The position numbers were made by a program, and so were the translations under genes. Of a DNA stretch of 64,000 nucleotides, positions 1 through 9,657 are shown in pieces. The DNA is from Candidatus Latescibacterota bacterium. Lineage in GTDB: Bacteria > Latescibacterota > UBA2968 > UBA8231. The stretch lies in NCBI GenBank assembly GCA_965243025.1, contig CBDETY010000003.1, positions 1,056,001-1,120,000 on the forward strand, written 5' to 3'. The notes under the pieces were generated by a model that was not told the DNA's origin, ran no database searches, and was given only the letters and a program-made list of their open reading frames with translations. Numbering within the stretch: position 1 is the first letter of the stretch; every line of letters starts with the position of its first letter.

Positions 1-1410
1 CGCGTTGTTCACCGACTTCTCCAGGAAGGAACGCAGGCCCAGGGTGTCCCGGAAGGAATCGATCCGCCTCTGGTACTTGACCTCCACCGGTATGCGAGTG
101 CTGCCCACCGTCAGCACGAAGTCCACTTCCTGGTCGGTGCCTCGGGCGGGAAAGTGGGCGATATCAAGGCCGTGGATGGTCGCTGCGACCGAGCCGAAAA
201 CGGATTCCGCCAGGTGGCCGGCCATGGTGGTGAGCTCGGGGCGTTGGGCGAGCTGCCCCGGCACCAGGGGGATCCGCTCCTGAAGCCAGCTCGCCCTCAG
301 CCCGTGGTCGACCAGGCAGAGCTTGGGACTGCCCCGCCGGCGCTTGAGGCGGATCTCCAGTGGGGGCACGAGGCGAATGAGGAGGGTATCCCCGAGGAAT
401 TTCAGGTACTGGGTGACGCGCTGGGAGCCGATGTTCGCGCCCAGCGACAACCGGGCTTCTTCCGCCAGTGTAGCCATCCGCGGAGTCTGGCCGGCATAGC
501 GGCAGACCAGCCGGAAAAGTTCCTCCAGGAGATTCTCATCCCGCTTGCGGCCCCGTTCCCCGGTCCGCAGGTCGTGCTGGATGACCCTTTTTATGACGGT
601 CTCGTTGAGTTGATCGGAGAGCTGGGAAAACTCCATGCCCTCCTCGCGGTGGACCAGGGGGTACCCGCCGCGATCGGAGAAATGAAGGAACGCCTCCTCG
701 CGGAATGCTCCATGGTCGATACCGTATTCCCGCAGGCCTGCCCAGAATCCTTTCTGCAGAAGGTCCGCCAGGCCGTTGTCCTGAAGGAAGGGGGCCGGCG
801 GTCCCAGGCGGCGAAGGGCGCCGATCTCGGTGAGGGAGAGAACCCCCGCCTCGATGGTGTTGATGCGGCCGGCGAGAGAGTCGCGCCCCAGCTCGATGCG
901 CAGGGCCGAGCTCCCGGTCACCACCACCTTGACCGAAGCGTTGTCGACCAGGGACTTCAGCTGCACGTCCCAGCGTTTCAGGTTCTGGATCTCGTCGAAA
1001 AACAGGTAGGCCGGCTCGCCGTCGCGGGCAAGGGTGTTGAACCGCTTCGGAGCAAGGCGGCGTTCGAACCAGTCCGAAATGCGCAGTATCGGTTCCGGCA
1101 GACCGCCCAATGTCTCCAGGTCGTCGAACTGGACGCGAAGAATCCGCCTCGGGTCAACCCCCTCGTCGAGCAGGTCCTGGATCATCTGGAACTGGGCTGT
1201 GGTCTTGCCGATCTGGCGCGGCCCCCGAACCACGACGACGGGAGCGATCCCCGAATCCAGGCGCCTGCGCATCTGCCCCACCAGGTGCCGCCTCGTTACC
1301 GGCTGCGGCGGCATGGCCTCCCCTTCCCACCAGGGATTCAATCGCCGCAGGTTGTCGCCGAGACCGGCCGGTAGGCCGCGGTCCAGGAAGATGGTGGTTT
1401 GCTCGCTCAT
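1..1410 (-). CDS. AAA+ ATPase (AAA_14) with C-terminal DUF4143 / PD-(D/E)xK-like domain, 3'-partial
   Basis: Not in ORF track because it runs off the edge. Manual translation from ATG at 1410: MSEQTTIFL...NPWW...RGPRQIGKTT (Walker A) ... EVDFVL...IPVEVKY. Confidence 0.85.
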   Translation of the reverse strand, partial: MSEQTTIFLDRGLPAGLGDNLRRLNPWWEGEAMPPQPVTRRHLVGQMRRRLDSGIAPVVVVRGPRQIGKTTAQFQMIQDLLDEGVDPRRILRVQFDDLETLGGLPEPILRISDWFERRLAPKRFNTLARDGEPAYLFFDEIQNLKRWDVQLKSLVDNASVKVVVTGSSALRIELGRDSLAGRINTIEAGVLSLTEIGALRRLGPPAPFLQDNGLADLLQKGFWAGLREYGIDHGAFREEAFLHFSDRGGYPLVHREEGMEFSQLSDQLNETVIKRVIQHDLRTGERGRKRDENLLEELFRLVCRYAGQTPRMATLAEEARLSLGANIGSQRVTQYLKFLGDTLLIRLVPPLEIRLKRRRGSPKLCLVDHGLRASWLQERIPLVPGQLAQRPELTTMAGHLAESVFGSVAATIHGLDIAHFPARGTDQEVDFVLTVGSTRIPVEVKYQRRIDSFRDTLGLRSFLEKSVNNA

Positions 1411-1571
1411 GAATTCAGTTCGAAAAGGCCAGATGGACGGTGGTGTGATGGGGGGGAGGGGAACAGGTGCAGTTCCGGCAAATGATTTTTACGTTTCACC
1501 CCTCCGGAGGGGGATTCCCCGCATTCATGGACGAAATACGAACTGCCATACAAACCTAGGATACACAACGG

Positions 1572-2372
1572 ATGACGGTCGAAGAAACGCTGTTCCAGCT
1601 CAAGCTGCACGGATGGTGCCTGGTCGAGAACGTCATCCCGGAATCAGCCGTGCGCGGGGTGCGCCGCAGCATCGAGGCCACCGCGGCGGCGTTCGGCCGC
1701 GAGAAGGGGGAGGGCATCGACATTCCCGATGTCCTCAACGTCGACCAGTCGTTCGCCCCGCACCTCGCCCACGAGGCGATCCTTGGGCCGCTCAGGGCGC
1801 TGTGGGGCCCCTGGGTGCGCCTGCGGACCGCCAAGGGGTTCGTCTGCAAACCGGGGTACCCGGAGGGCAGCCTGCACGCCGACGGCCCCTACATCCAGTC
1901 CGCCCCGGTGTGCATGAACGCCCCCTACCAGGACTTCATCGCCAAGGTCACGGCCGTGTGGATGCTGACGCCGTTCACCCGGGAGAACGGGGCCACGGTG
2001 CTGGTTCCCGGAAGCCACCGCGCCGACAACAACCGCACCGGCGGGCTCGAGCAGCCGGTGCCCCATCCCGGGCAGATTCAGGTCACAGGGGCGGCCGGCA
2101 GCGTCGCGCTGTTCGACGCCCGCACCTGGCACGGCAGCGGCAGCAACAACAGCGACGGGGACCGGGTGGGCCTGGTCATGACCTACTTTCCCTGGTGGCT
2201 GGCACAGGATGCGGCCATGCCGCCGGGCACGCCGGAACGGCAGCGTCTCCGCGAGGAGACGGGGTTGAGCGACGAGGAGCTGGGGAAGGGAACGGCCCTG
2301 CTGCCGGCGGAGGTGTACCGGGCGCTGCCCGAGGACGTCAAGCCGCTGCTGCGGCACTGGGTGCGGCCGTAG
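1572..2372 (+). CDS. Phytanoyl-CoA dioxygenase (PhyH) family protein
   Basis: LHAD, ENGAT.LVPGSH and distal WHG Fe/2OG motifs. Confidence 0.9.
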   Translation: MTVEETLFQLKLHGWCLVENVIPESAVRGVRRSIEATAAAFGREKGEGIDIPDVLNVDQSFAPHLAHEAILGPLRALWGPWVRLRTAKGFVCKPGYPEGSLHADGPYIQSAPVCMNAPYQDFIAKVTAVWMLTPFTRENGATVLVPGSHRADNNRTGGLEQPVPHPGQIQVTGAAGSVALFDARTWHGSGSNNSDGDRVGLVMTYFPWWLAQDAAMPPGTPERQRLREETGLSDEELGKGTALLPAEVYRALPEDVKPLLRHWVRP

Positions 2373-2411
2373 CCCTGGAAAGGAATTGGGCAGACTGGTG
2401 CGGATCGGCCT

Positions 2412-2631
2412 CTATTCGAACAGTTCTCTGTGAAGCCCCGATTGCCTGATAATTGACATCAACGTCCCCATCCGCAATTCACCGTGGTCAGGTACAGGGA
2501 CGGTGATGGTGCTGCTGTTTTCGACCTTCTGCATGATTACATGGCTTCCGCGGCGCCGAACCTCGGAAAACCCGTGATTCACAAGTATTCGGCAGACTTC
2601 CCGGCCCGAAAGAATTCGGACGCCTGGCCAA
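2412..2631 (-). pseudogene. hicA: HicA-family toxin with a +1 frameshift near its start
   Basis: One frame reads RILSGREVCRILVNHGFSEVRRRGSHVIMQK...TVPVPDHGELRMGTLMSIIRQSG. The likely TTG start at 2631 is out of frame by 1 nt (span 220 nt). Confidence 0.75.
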
Positions 2632-2845
2632 CTGCAACCATCACCTGAGTTACATACACTTCTTCGTGAAGCCGATGCTGGATTTCGGTGGCCGAGGCGG
2701 TCTCGAAAAACAACTCCAATGCCTCTTTCAAATTTTCCCTGGCCTCTGCCACCGTTGCTCCCTGGCTCGCAATGTCCAACTCGGGGCAGAGAGATACGTA
2801 GCCATCTCCTTCACGCTCGATGATTGCCGCCAACTGTCGGGTCAT
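2579..2845 (-). CDS. hicB: HicB-family antitoxin
   Basis: IIEREGDGYVSLCPELDIASQGATVAEARENLKEALELF signature; the tail reads on into the hicA region. Confidence 0.88.
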   Translation of the reverse strand: MTRQLAAIIEREGDGYVSLCPELDIASQGATVAEARENLKEALELFFETASATEIQHRLHEEVYVTQVMVAVGQASEFFRAGKSAEYL

Positions 2846-2915
2846 AGGTTCCGCCTTTCCTGATCAATAATATGGACCGGCGACGACCATCGCACCGAAA
2901 CCGGGGTCAAACGAC

Positions 2916-4181
2916 ATGACCGAAAGCAGGAACACCTCTCTTCCGCGCTACCGTCAACTTCACTGGCAGGTGCTCGCAGCCATGGTCCTGGGAGTGGGCA
3001 CCGGCCTTCTCGGCGGCGAGACCGCCGCGTCCTGGGTGGGCTGGCTCGGCACCCTGTTCATGCGCCTGCTGCGCATGGTCATCATCCCCTTCGTGGTCGT
3101 TTCGATTGTCAGCGGCATCGCCACGGTAGGCGGGGGGCGGGCCCTCGGGAGGCTGTTCGGAAAGACCCTGGGGTACTACGTGCTGTCGAGCGCCCTGGCG
3201 ATCTTCGCCGGCCTCGCCCTCGTCAACCTCATCCGCCCGGGAGAGGGGGCCGACCTCGGGGCCGCCGAGGGGCAGGCGCTTCCGGAGCTGGAGACCCCCG
3301 GCTCCGCGGTCGAGCTGCTTCTCGACATCGTCCCGCAGAACTTCCTCGCCGCCGCCGCCGGGGGGGACATGCTGGCGGTCATTTTTTTCTCGATCCTTCT
3401 GGGAGCAGCGATCGCCAGTCTGCGGTCCCCGCACCAGGAGCTGCTGTCCGGCTTCTTCGGGGCGGCGTTCCAGGTGATGATGGCCCTGACGGGCGGCATC
3501 ATCCGCTTTCTGCCGCTCGGCGTCTTCGGTCTGATGACCGCGGCGGTGGCCAGGTTCGGTCTCGACGCCTTCGGACCCCTGGCGCAGTACTGCGCCACCA
3601 TTGCCGCCGGCCTGACGGTGCACCTCCTGGTAACGCTGCCGCTGCTGCTCCTGCTGCTGGGGCGCATCCGTCCGGGCATCCACTTCCGCAACATGATCGA
3701 CCCGCTGGTCGTCGCCTTCTCGACGAGCTCTTCCGGCGCGACCCTGCCGGTGACGATGAGGACGGTTCAGCGCAAGGTCGGCGTCTCCAACCGCACGGCG
3801 TCGTTCGTGCTGCCGATGGGGGCCACAATCAACATGGACGGGACCGCGCTCTTCGAGTGCGTCGGGGTGCTGTTCATCGCCCAGGCCCTCGGGGCGGACC
3901 TCGCCTTCGGCCAGCAGGCGATCGTGGTCCTGACCGCGCTGCTGGCCTCGATCGGGGCGGCCGCGGTGCCGTCGGCCGGCCTGGTGATCATCTTCATCGT
4001 GCTGGAGTCGGTGGGGCTGCGCGGGCCCCACGTCGATCTGATCGTCGGCTTCATGCTGGCGATCGACCGGCCGCTCGACATGTTCCGCACCACCGTCAAC
4101 GTCTTCAGCGATTCCTGCGGCGCGGCGATCATCGCGCGATCGGAAGGGGAGACGGGGGTGGACGTCGCCGCGGAAAGCTGA
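2916..4181 (+). CDS. Dicarboxylate/amino acid:cation symporter (DAACS, GltP-like)
   Basis: AFSTSSSGATLP, GATINMDG and DRPLDMFRT motifs; multiple TM helices. Confidence 0.93.
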   Translation: MTESRNTSLPRYRQLHWQVLAAMVLGVGTGLLGGETAASWVGWLGTLFMRLLRMVIIPFVVVSIVSGIATVGGGRALGRLFGKTLGYYVLSSALAIFAGLALVNLIRPGEGADLGAAEGQALPELETPGSAVELLLDIVPQNFLAAAAGGDMLAVIFFSILLGAAIASLRSPHQELLSGFFGAAFQVMMALTGGIIRFLPLGVFGLMTAAVARFGLDAFGPLAQYCATIAAGLTVHLLVTLPLLLLLLGRIRPGIHFRNMIDPLVVAFSTSSSGATLPVTMRTVQRKVGVSNRTASFVLPMGATINMDGTALFECVGVLFIAQALGADLAFGQQAIVVLTALLASIGAAAVPSAGLVIIFIVLESVGLRGPHVDLIVGFMLAIDRPLDMFRTTVNVFSDSCGAAIIARSEGETGVDVAAES

Positions 4182-4211
4182 GGTCCCCGGGAGCTGTTTC
4201 CCGGCGGACCC

Positions 4212-5363
4212 TCAGCCCCGGCCCAGGCGCCTGTCCTCCGCCGCCAGCCATTCCCCGTAAGGCCGGGGCATGGGCTCCGGCGGCCCCAGCCCGGCCTCGG
4301 CGCGCCAGCGCAGCAGCGGATGCTCCCGCCCCTGCTGGGGCAGGTCCACCGGCCGGCGGCAGGCCGCGGATTCGAAGATCCCCATCAGCATCTCCAGGAC
4401 GTGCCGCCCCTCGGAGCCGCTGCACAGGTGCTCCCGCCCCTCGTCGAGGGCGCGCACGTACTCGTCGGTGAAGGCGTAATCCTCTGCCGACGACTTCTCC
4501 GGATCGTAATGGCCGGGATGCTCCAGCTCCAGCGGCTCCCATTCCCTGTCCTGCCCGGGCTCGAAGTGAGGCACCGGCAACCACCAGGCCCCGGTGATCT
4601 TCCAGAACATCCGCCCCTCGGTGCCGAGCACTTCCAGCCCGTAGGCGGAAACATCGATGGCGGGGAACCGGTGCTGCAGGAGCGCGACCGTCGTGTTTCC
4701 ATCGAACTCCAGGGTCGCGGTGATGTGCTCTCCGGCGATGGTGCCCATGCCGCCGGGGGAGGGGACCGCGTCTTCCGGGGTGATCGGGCGGCCGTCCGTA
4801 AGGGCGCTGGCGGTTACCCGGCGGCAGGGTCCTGCCAGCTCGAGGATCGCGTTGAGCAGGTGGGTGCCGATGTTCATCAGCCCGTAGCCGCCGTAGTACC
4901 CCTTGCCGCTGGCGACGATGTGGCGGAGGCTGCCGATGCGCCCCTCGCGCAGGCCACGGGAAATCGCCTGCATCGCCGCCCCGGTCCGCGCCTGGTGGTG
5001 GACGGCGGTGCGCACCCCCTTTGCCGCGGCTTTCGCCATCACCGCGTCCGCCTGCTCGAGGTCGACGCAGATCGGCTTTTCCACCTCGATATGCACCCCG
5101 TGCTCCAGCACGCGCATGCAGAGGTCGTAGTGGAACTCGGTGCCGGTCGGTATCGCCACGATGTCCGGCCCGCTCCGGCGGATCATCTCGTCGAGATCGG
5201 TGAAGCGGGCGGAAACCCCGAGCTCTTCACCCAGTTTTTCGAGCAGCTCCGGCTTCAGGTCGCACAGGGCCACGACTTCGGTGCGGGGATGGGCGTGGTA
5301 GGCCCGGGCGGCGGCGGTGCCCCGGCCCCGGCAACCGAGAATTCCGACGCGATAGGTCTTCAT
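4212..5363 (-). CDS. Gfo/Idh/MocA family oxidoreductase
   Basis: Start reassigned to MKTYRVGILGCRGRG; VEKP motif. Confidence 0.88.
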   Translation of the reverse strand: MKTYRVGILGCRGRGTAAARAYHAHPRTEVVALCDLKPELLEKLGEELGVSARFTDLDEMIRRSGPDIVAIPTGTEFHYDLCMRVLEHGVHIEVEKPICVDLEQADAVMAKAAAKGVRTAVHHQARTGAAMQAISRGLREGRIGSLRHIVASGKGYYGGYGLMNIGTHLLNAILELAGPCRRVTASALTDGRPITPEDAVPSPGGMGTIAGEHITATLEFDGNTTVALLQHRFPAIDVSAYGLEVLGTEGRMFWKITGAWWLPVPHFEPGQDREWEPLELEHPGHYDPEKSSAEDYAFTDEYVRALDEGREHLCSGSEGRHVLEMLMGIFESAACRRPVDLPQQGREHPLLRWRAEAGLGPPEPMPRPYGEWLAAEDRRLGRG

Positions 5364-5380
5364 GTTGGTTCCCTCCGTTT

Positions 5381-6061
5381 TCAGGCGCTCTGCCGCTTCA
5401 TCCACGAGGCGGCCACCCGGGCCAGCTCCTCCATCACCGGTTCGGTCGAGGAGCGGCTGCGCTTCCTCACCCGGAAGCCGTGGTCCGCGGTGTCGACGAG
5501 GTGCAGGGTGGCCCGCTCCCCGAGCCTGGCCACCGCCGGCTCCAGCAGGGAGAGCCCGGCAAGGGCGTCGCGCGGGCCGGAGATGAACAGCATCGGCACC
5601 GTCACCTTTTCGAGGTGGGCGGCGCGTTCGGTCCCCGGCTTGCCCGCCGGGTGCAGGGGGAAGGCGAAGAAGAGGATTCCCCGCAGCCCTTCGAGCGGCG
5701 CCCCGGCCGCGGCCATCGAAGTCATGCGCCCGCTCATCGAGTGCCCGCCGGCGAACAGGGGCAGGCCGGGGGCCTGCCGGGCGGCCGCCGCCACCGCGGC
5801 GCGCACTGTCGACAGGCGCACCCTCTCGCCGTCCATGCCGCCGCCCCCTTTTTCCGAGTACGGGTAGTTGTAGCGGAAGGTCGCCACCCCGGTGTCGGCC
5901 AGGGCCTGCGCCAGCTCCTCCATGAAGGTGTGGCGCATGCTGGTGCCTGCGCCGTGCCCGAGCACCAGCAGGGCCCCGGCTTCGGGGGGGCCCAGATACA
6001 GGGCGGAGACTTCCCCTTTCTCTTCGTGGGCGGTGAACTTCAGCTCTTTCGCCTCCGGCAT
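5381..6061 (-). CDS. Alpha/beta hydrolase (Tex30/KANL3-like)
   Basis: HGAG, GGHSMSGR nucleophile elbow, FPLHPAGKP, ADHGF. Confidence 0.88.
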   Translation of the reverse strand: MPEAKELKFTAHEEKGEVSALYLGPPEAGALLVLGHGAGTSMRHTFMEELAQALADTGVATFRYNYPYSEKGGGGMDGERVRLSTVRAAVAAAARQAPGLPLFAGGHSMSGRMTSMAAAGAPLEGLRGILFFAFPLHPAGKPGTERAAHLEKVTVPMLFISGPRDALAGLSLLEPAVARLGERATLHLVDTADHGFRVRKRSRSSTEPVMEELARVAASWMKRQSA

Positions 6062-6089
6062 GACCTCGCCTCGCTATCTTCTGGTGCCT

Positions 6090-7568
6090 GTGTCGCAACC
6101 CTTCAGTCGAACACGGAGCCCGCTAATTACACCCCCGCTTCGCAGCGCCGCCAGCCTGGCGCGGCTGATCGCCCTCGTCGCCCTGGCAACACCCTTTTCC
6201 TGCGCAGGACCGCGCGAGACCGCGGCCGGGGACGCGGTCACCATCACCCTGTGGACGCAGGACACCTGGCTCGGGATCACCGGCCACGAGCTCGACGGGG
6301 TGCCCCTCGACGACCCGCGGCGGGCCCTGTACACCCACCGCGACTGGTACGTGAAGGTTACCGACGACTTCAGGGCCCTGCACCCTGACAGGCGCATCGA
6401 CTTCGAGATCGAGGTGCTCGACTGGATCACGGGATACCAGAAGCTCGACATCGCCGTGGCCTCCGGCCTGCCGCCGGATATCATGGTCAGCACCTCCGGG
6501 ATCGCCCTGAAGTATGCCCGCTTCGGCCTCCTCGAAGCGTTCGACGAGCACGTCACCGCTGCCGACATCGAGGACTTCGGCCCCTTCTACGACTTCGGCG
6601 AGTACGAGGGCCGGCATTACTTCCTCCCCTTCATCGGCGGCAGCCGCTACCTGACCGCCAATCTCGAGATCTTCGAGGAGCGCGGCGCCACCCACCTGCT
6701 GCCGGCCGCCGGGGACCGCCTGTGGACGTTCGCCGAGTTCCTCGCCGCGGCGCGGGCCACCACCTTCGACCGCGACGGCGACGGCGAAACCGACGTGTAC
6801 GGCTTCGCCATGCCGTTCCAGCGCAGTGCCCCGCAGCAGCAGCAGATGCCGTTCTTCTGGGGGCACGGGGCGTTCATGTTCAACCCGCCGGGCGACACCC
6901 TGACCATCGACAGCGACGCCGGGGTCCGCGCCCTGCAGTTCATGGTCGACCTCGAGCACGAGCACGGGGTGATGCCTCCGGGAAGCGCCGGCCTGCGCAA
7001 CAGCGACGTCGCCGACCTCTGGAACCAGGGCCGCGTCGCCATGCGCATGGGCCACCACGGCACCCTGGTCGCCCACCAGCGGTCCCTGCAGACCGGCGCC
7101 CTGGCTCCCGGCATCGTCGAGCTCTACCCGATGATGTACCCGAGCCTGCCGGGGGTCGACCCGCACGTGTTCGTCGTCGCCGACTCCCCCTGCGTCTTCA
7201 GGCAGCCCGACCCGGAGAAACGCCGGCTCGTCATCGAGCTGGCCAAGTTCATGACCAACACCCAACACGAGCGCGAGGCCGCGTACGCCCTCTCCACCCT
7301 GCCGACGCGGCACTCGGCCGCCGACGTATGGTCCGACGACCCGTTCCAGCAGTACGTGCTGCGGGTCACCAGGTACGGCACCCGGGACGCCATCCAGGGA
7401 TACGGCATCCCCCTGGTCGAGATGACCCGCGCCGCATTCCAGGCGGCGATGTCGCGGCAGCTGACCCCGAGGCAGGCGCTGGAGGACCTGACGCGGCGCG
7501 GCAACCGCTTCATCGCCCGCGACATCGAGCGGCGCCGGCGCGTCCGCCTGACCGGGGAGGCGGGATGA
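6090..7568 (+). CDS. ABC transporter sugar-type substrate-binding lipoprotein (start approximate)
   Basis: Lipobox-like PFSCAG, PPDI, DRDGDGETDVYGF loop; precedes two permeases. Confidence 0.82.
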   Translation: MSQPFSRTRSPLITPPLRSAASLARLIALVALATPFSCAGPRETAAGDAVTITLWTQDTWLGITGHELDGVPLDDPRRALYTHRDWYVKVTDDFRALHPDRRIDFEIEVLDWITGYQKLDIAVASGLPPDIMVSTSGIALKYARFGLLEAFDEHVTAADIEDFGPFYDFGEYEGRHYFLPFIGGSRYLTANLEIFEERGATHLLPAAGDRLWTFAEFLAAARATTFDRDGDGETDVYGFAMPFQRSAPQQQQMPFFWGHGAFMFNPPGDTLTIDSDAGVRALQFMVDLEHEHGVMPPGSAGLRNSDVADLWNQGRVAMRMGHHGTLVAHQRSLQTGALAPGIVELYPMMYPSLPGVDPHVFVVADSPCVFRQPDPEKRRLVIELAKFMTNTQHEREAAYALSTLPTRHSAADVWSDDPFQQYVLRVTRYGTRDAIQGYGIPLVEMTRAAFQAAMSRQLTPRQALEDLTRRGNRFIARDIERRRRVRLTGEAG

Positions 7569-8464
7569 CCGCAAGCGCGCGCGGGACCTGGCGGTCGATG
7601 GTCCGGGAGCGCTGGGCTTACCTGTTCCTGGCGGTCCCGGTAGGGCTGTTCGCCGTCTTCCACCTGCTGCCGATGGCGGCCACGGTTCTGCTCGGTTTCG
7701 CCGACTACTTCCCGGGGGGGCGGCCTGTCTGGGTCGGCCTCGCCAACTATGACTACGCCCTCTCCGACGACCTCTTCTGGAAGTCGCTGTGGAACACCGC
7801 CCTCTACACCGCGGCGGTGGTTCCCGCGAGCATCTGCCTGTCGCTGCTGCTGGCGCGCCTGGTATACGGCCTGCGGAGCGGCGCCGCCCAGGCCTTCTTC
7901 AAGTCGGCCTTCTACCTGCCCGCGGTCACCTCCGGCGCCATCCTCGCCCTCGTCTGGCTGTGGCTCTTCAACCCGTCGCGCGGACTGCTCAACTACCTGG
8001 TCTCGTTCGCCGGCCTCGGACCCTACACCTGGACCAGCGACCCGCAGATGGCCCTGCCCTCGCTGGCCCTGATGGCGGTGGCCGGAGGCCACGGCGCCGC
8101 CATCGTGCTGCTGACCGCGGCCATGGGGAACATCCCGGCCTCCTTCTACGAGGCGGCCCGCCTCGACGGGGCCGGGGCCTGGCGCCAGTTCCGGGACGTC
8201 ACCCTGCCGCTGCTGCGGCCGACGCTGCTCTACCTCGTGGTCACCAGCACCATCTTCTCCTTCCAGGTGTTCACCCAGGTGCTGATGATGACCAGCGGCG
8301 GCCCCTACTACGCCACCACCACCCTCGTCTACCTGATCTACACCGACGCCTTCGAGTACTTCGACTTCGGCAAGGCGGCCGCCGAGGCGACGCTGCTCTG
8401 CCTCGGCCTGGCCGCCATCGCCGTGGTCCAGTACAAGTGGCTGTCGAGCGACGTGGAGTACTGA
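7565..8464 (+). CDS. Carbohydrate ABC transporter permease
   Basis: EAARLDGAG EAA loop, TLPLLRP; ATG overlaps the SBP stop. Confidence 0.92.
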   Translation: MTASARGTWRSMVRERWAYLFLAVPVGLFAVFHLLPMAATVLLGFADYFPGGRPVWVGLANYDYALSDDLFWKSLWNTALYTAAVVPASICLSLLLARLVYGLRSGAAQAFFKSAFYLPAVTSGAILALVWLWLFNPSRGLLNYLVSFAGLGPYTWTSDPQMALPSLALMAVAGGHGAAIVLLTAAMGNIPASFYEAARLDGAGAWRQFRDVTLPLLRPTLLYLVVTSTIFSFQVFTQVLMMTSGGPYYATTTLVYLIYTDAFEYFDFGKAAAEATLLCLGLAAIAVVQYKWLSSDVEY

Positions 8465-8654
8465 GGATGGGGCAGACCCGGATTCCCGGGAGTCATCCGC
8501 CGGGGGATCCCCGGCCGCATTTCACCCGGCCCGCTCCCTCGCGGCACCCCGGCCCTCTGGTGCGGGCGCTTTCCGTTCCGCGTCGGCGGGGCCGCGGATT
8601 GATCAGCCTTCGCCCCGGGATCTCGGCAACCTGTTTCGGCGACAGGGCAGCCTG

Positions 8655-9464
8655 ATGAAGCGCTTCCTCGCGGTATCGCTGCTCCTCCTGTTCGCCGCGG
8701 CCACCCTGCTGCCGCTCTACTGGATCGCCGTCTCCGCCTTCCAGCCGCCGTCGGTGGTGATCACCTTTCCGCCCAGCCTGTACCCGTCGCCGCCGACCTG
8801 GGTGAACTTCGCGCGCCTGTTCAACGGCTCGCAGATCCTGCGCTGGCTGCTCAACTCGCTGCTGGTCACCGGCGCGGTGACGATGTCGCACCTGCTGCTG
8901 GCCACCCTGGCCGGGTACACTCTCGCCAAGAAGAGCTTCCCCGGGAGCCGGCTCGTCTTCTGGACCGTCATCAGCCTCATGCTGATCCCCGGGCAGCTCA
9001 CCCTCATCCCCCTCTACGCGCTGATCATCAAGCTCGAGTGGGTCAACACCTACAAGGCGCTGATCGTGCCGGCCCTGATCGGCCCGTTCTCGATTTTCCT
9101 GATGAAGCAGTTCCTGCAGACCCTGCCGTCCGAGCTGATCGACGCGGCGCGCATCGACGGCTGCGGCGAGTGGGGGGTGTTCCGGCGCGTCATCCTGCCG
9201 ATGGCCAAGCCGGGGATGGCGGTGCTGGGCATCTTCACCTTCACCGGCACCTGGAACGATTTCCTGTGGCCCCTGATCGTCACCAACCAGGCTTCGATGA
9301 TGACCCTCCAGATCGGCCTGCACAGCCTGCAGAACGCCTTCTACACCGACTACGGCCTGCTGATGGCCGGGGCCGCGGTCTCGGCGCTGCCGATGATCGC
9401 GGTATTCCTGCTCTTTCAGCCCTTCTTCGTGCGCGGGGTGACCATCGGGGCCCTGAAGGGTTAG
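8655..9464 (+). CDS. Carbohydrate ABC transporter permease
   Basis: DAARIDGC, WNDFLWP, GALKG terminus. Confidence 0.93.
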   Translation: MKRFLAVSLLLLFAAATLLPLYWIAVSAFQPPSVVITFPPSLYPSPPTWVNFARLFNGSQILRWLLNSLLVTGAVTMSHLLLATLAGYTLAKKSFPGSRLVFWTVISLMLIPGQLTLIPLYALIIKLEWVNTYKALIVPALIGPFSIFLMKQFLQTLPSELIDAARIDGCGEWGVFRRVILPMAKPGMAVLGIFTFTGTWNDFLWPLIVTNQASMMTLQIGLHSLQNAFYTDYGLLMAGAAVSALPMIAVFLLFQPFFVRGVTIGALKG

Positions 9465-9657
9465 GATTATGGCGAAGCGGGGGGACGACCTGTATTCCGG
9501 ATGGGTGCCCGGGGACGCCGGGGAACCACGAACCGGGATTCTGCCAGGGCGGGAGTGCCGGGAAAAGGGGGTTGGGGGGGACCGGTCAGCGCCGGAAGTC
9601 TCGCCGGAAATGGGGGCTTTTTGCCGGATGGAACGACACGAGTGAGGGAACTGATCG

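Noticed and set aside
6090-9464. Sugar ABC operon lacking an ATPase; DRDGDG loops
   Set aside because: Shared MsmX/MalK-type ATPases and Dx[DN]xDG calcium loops are common.
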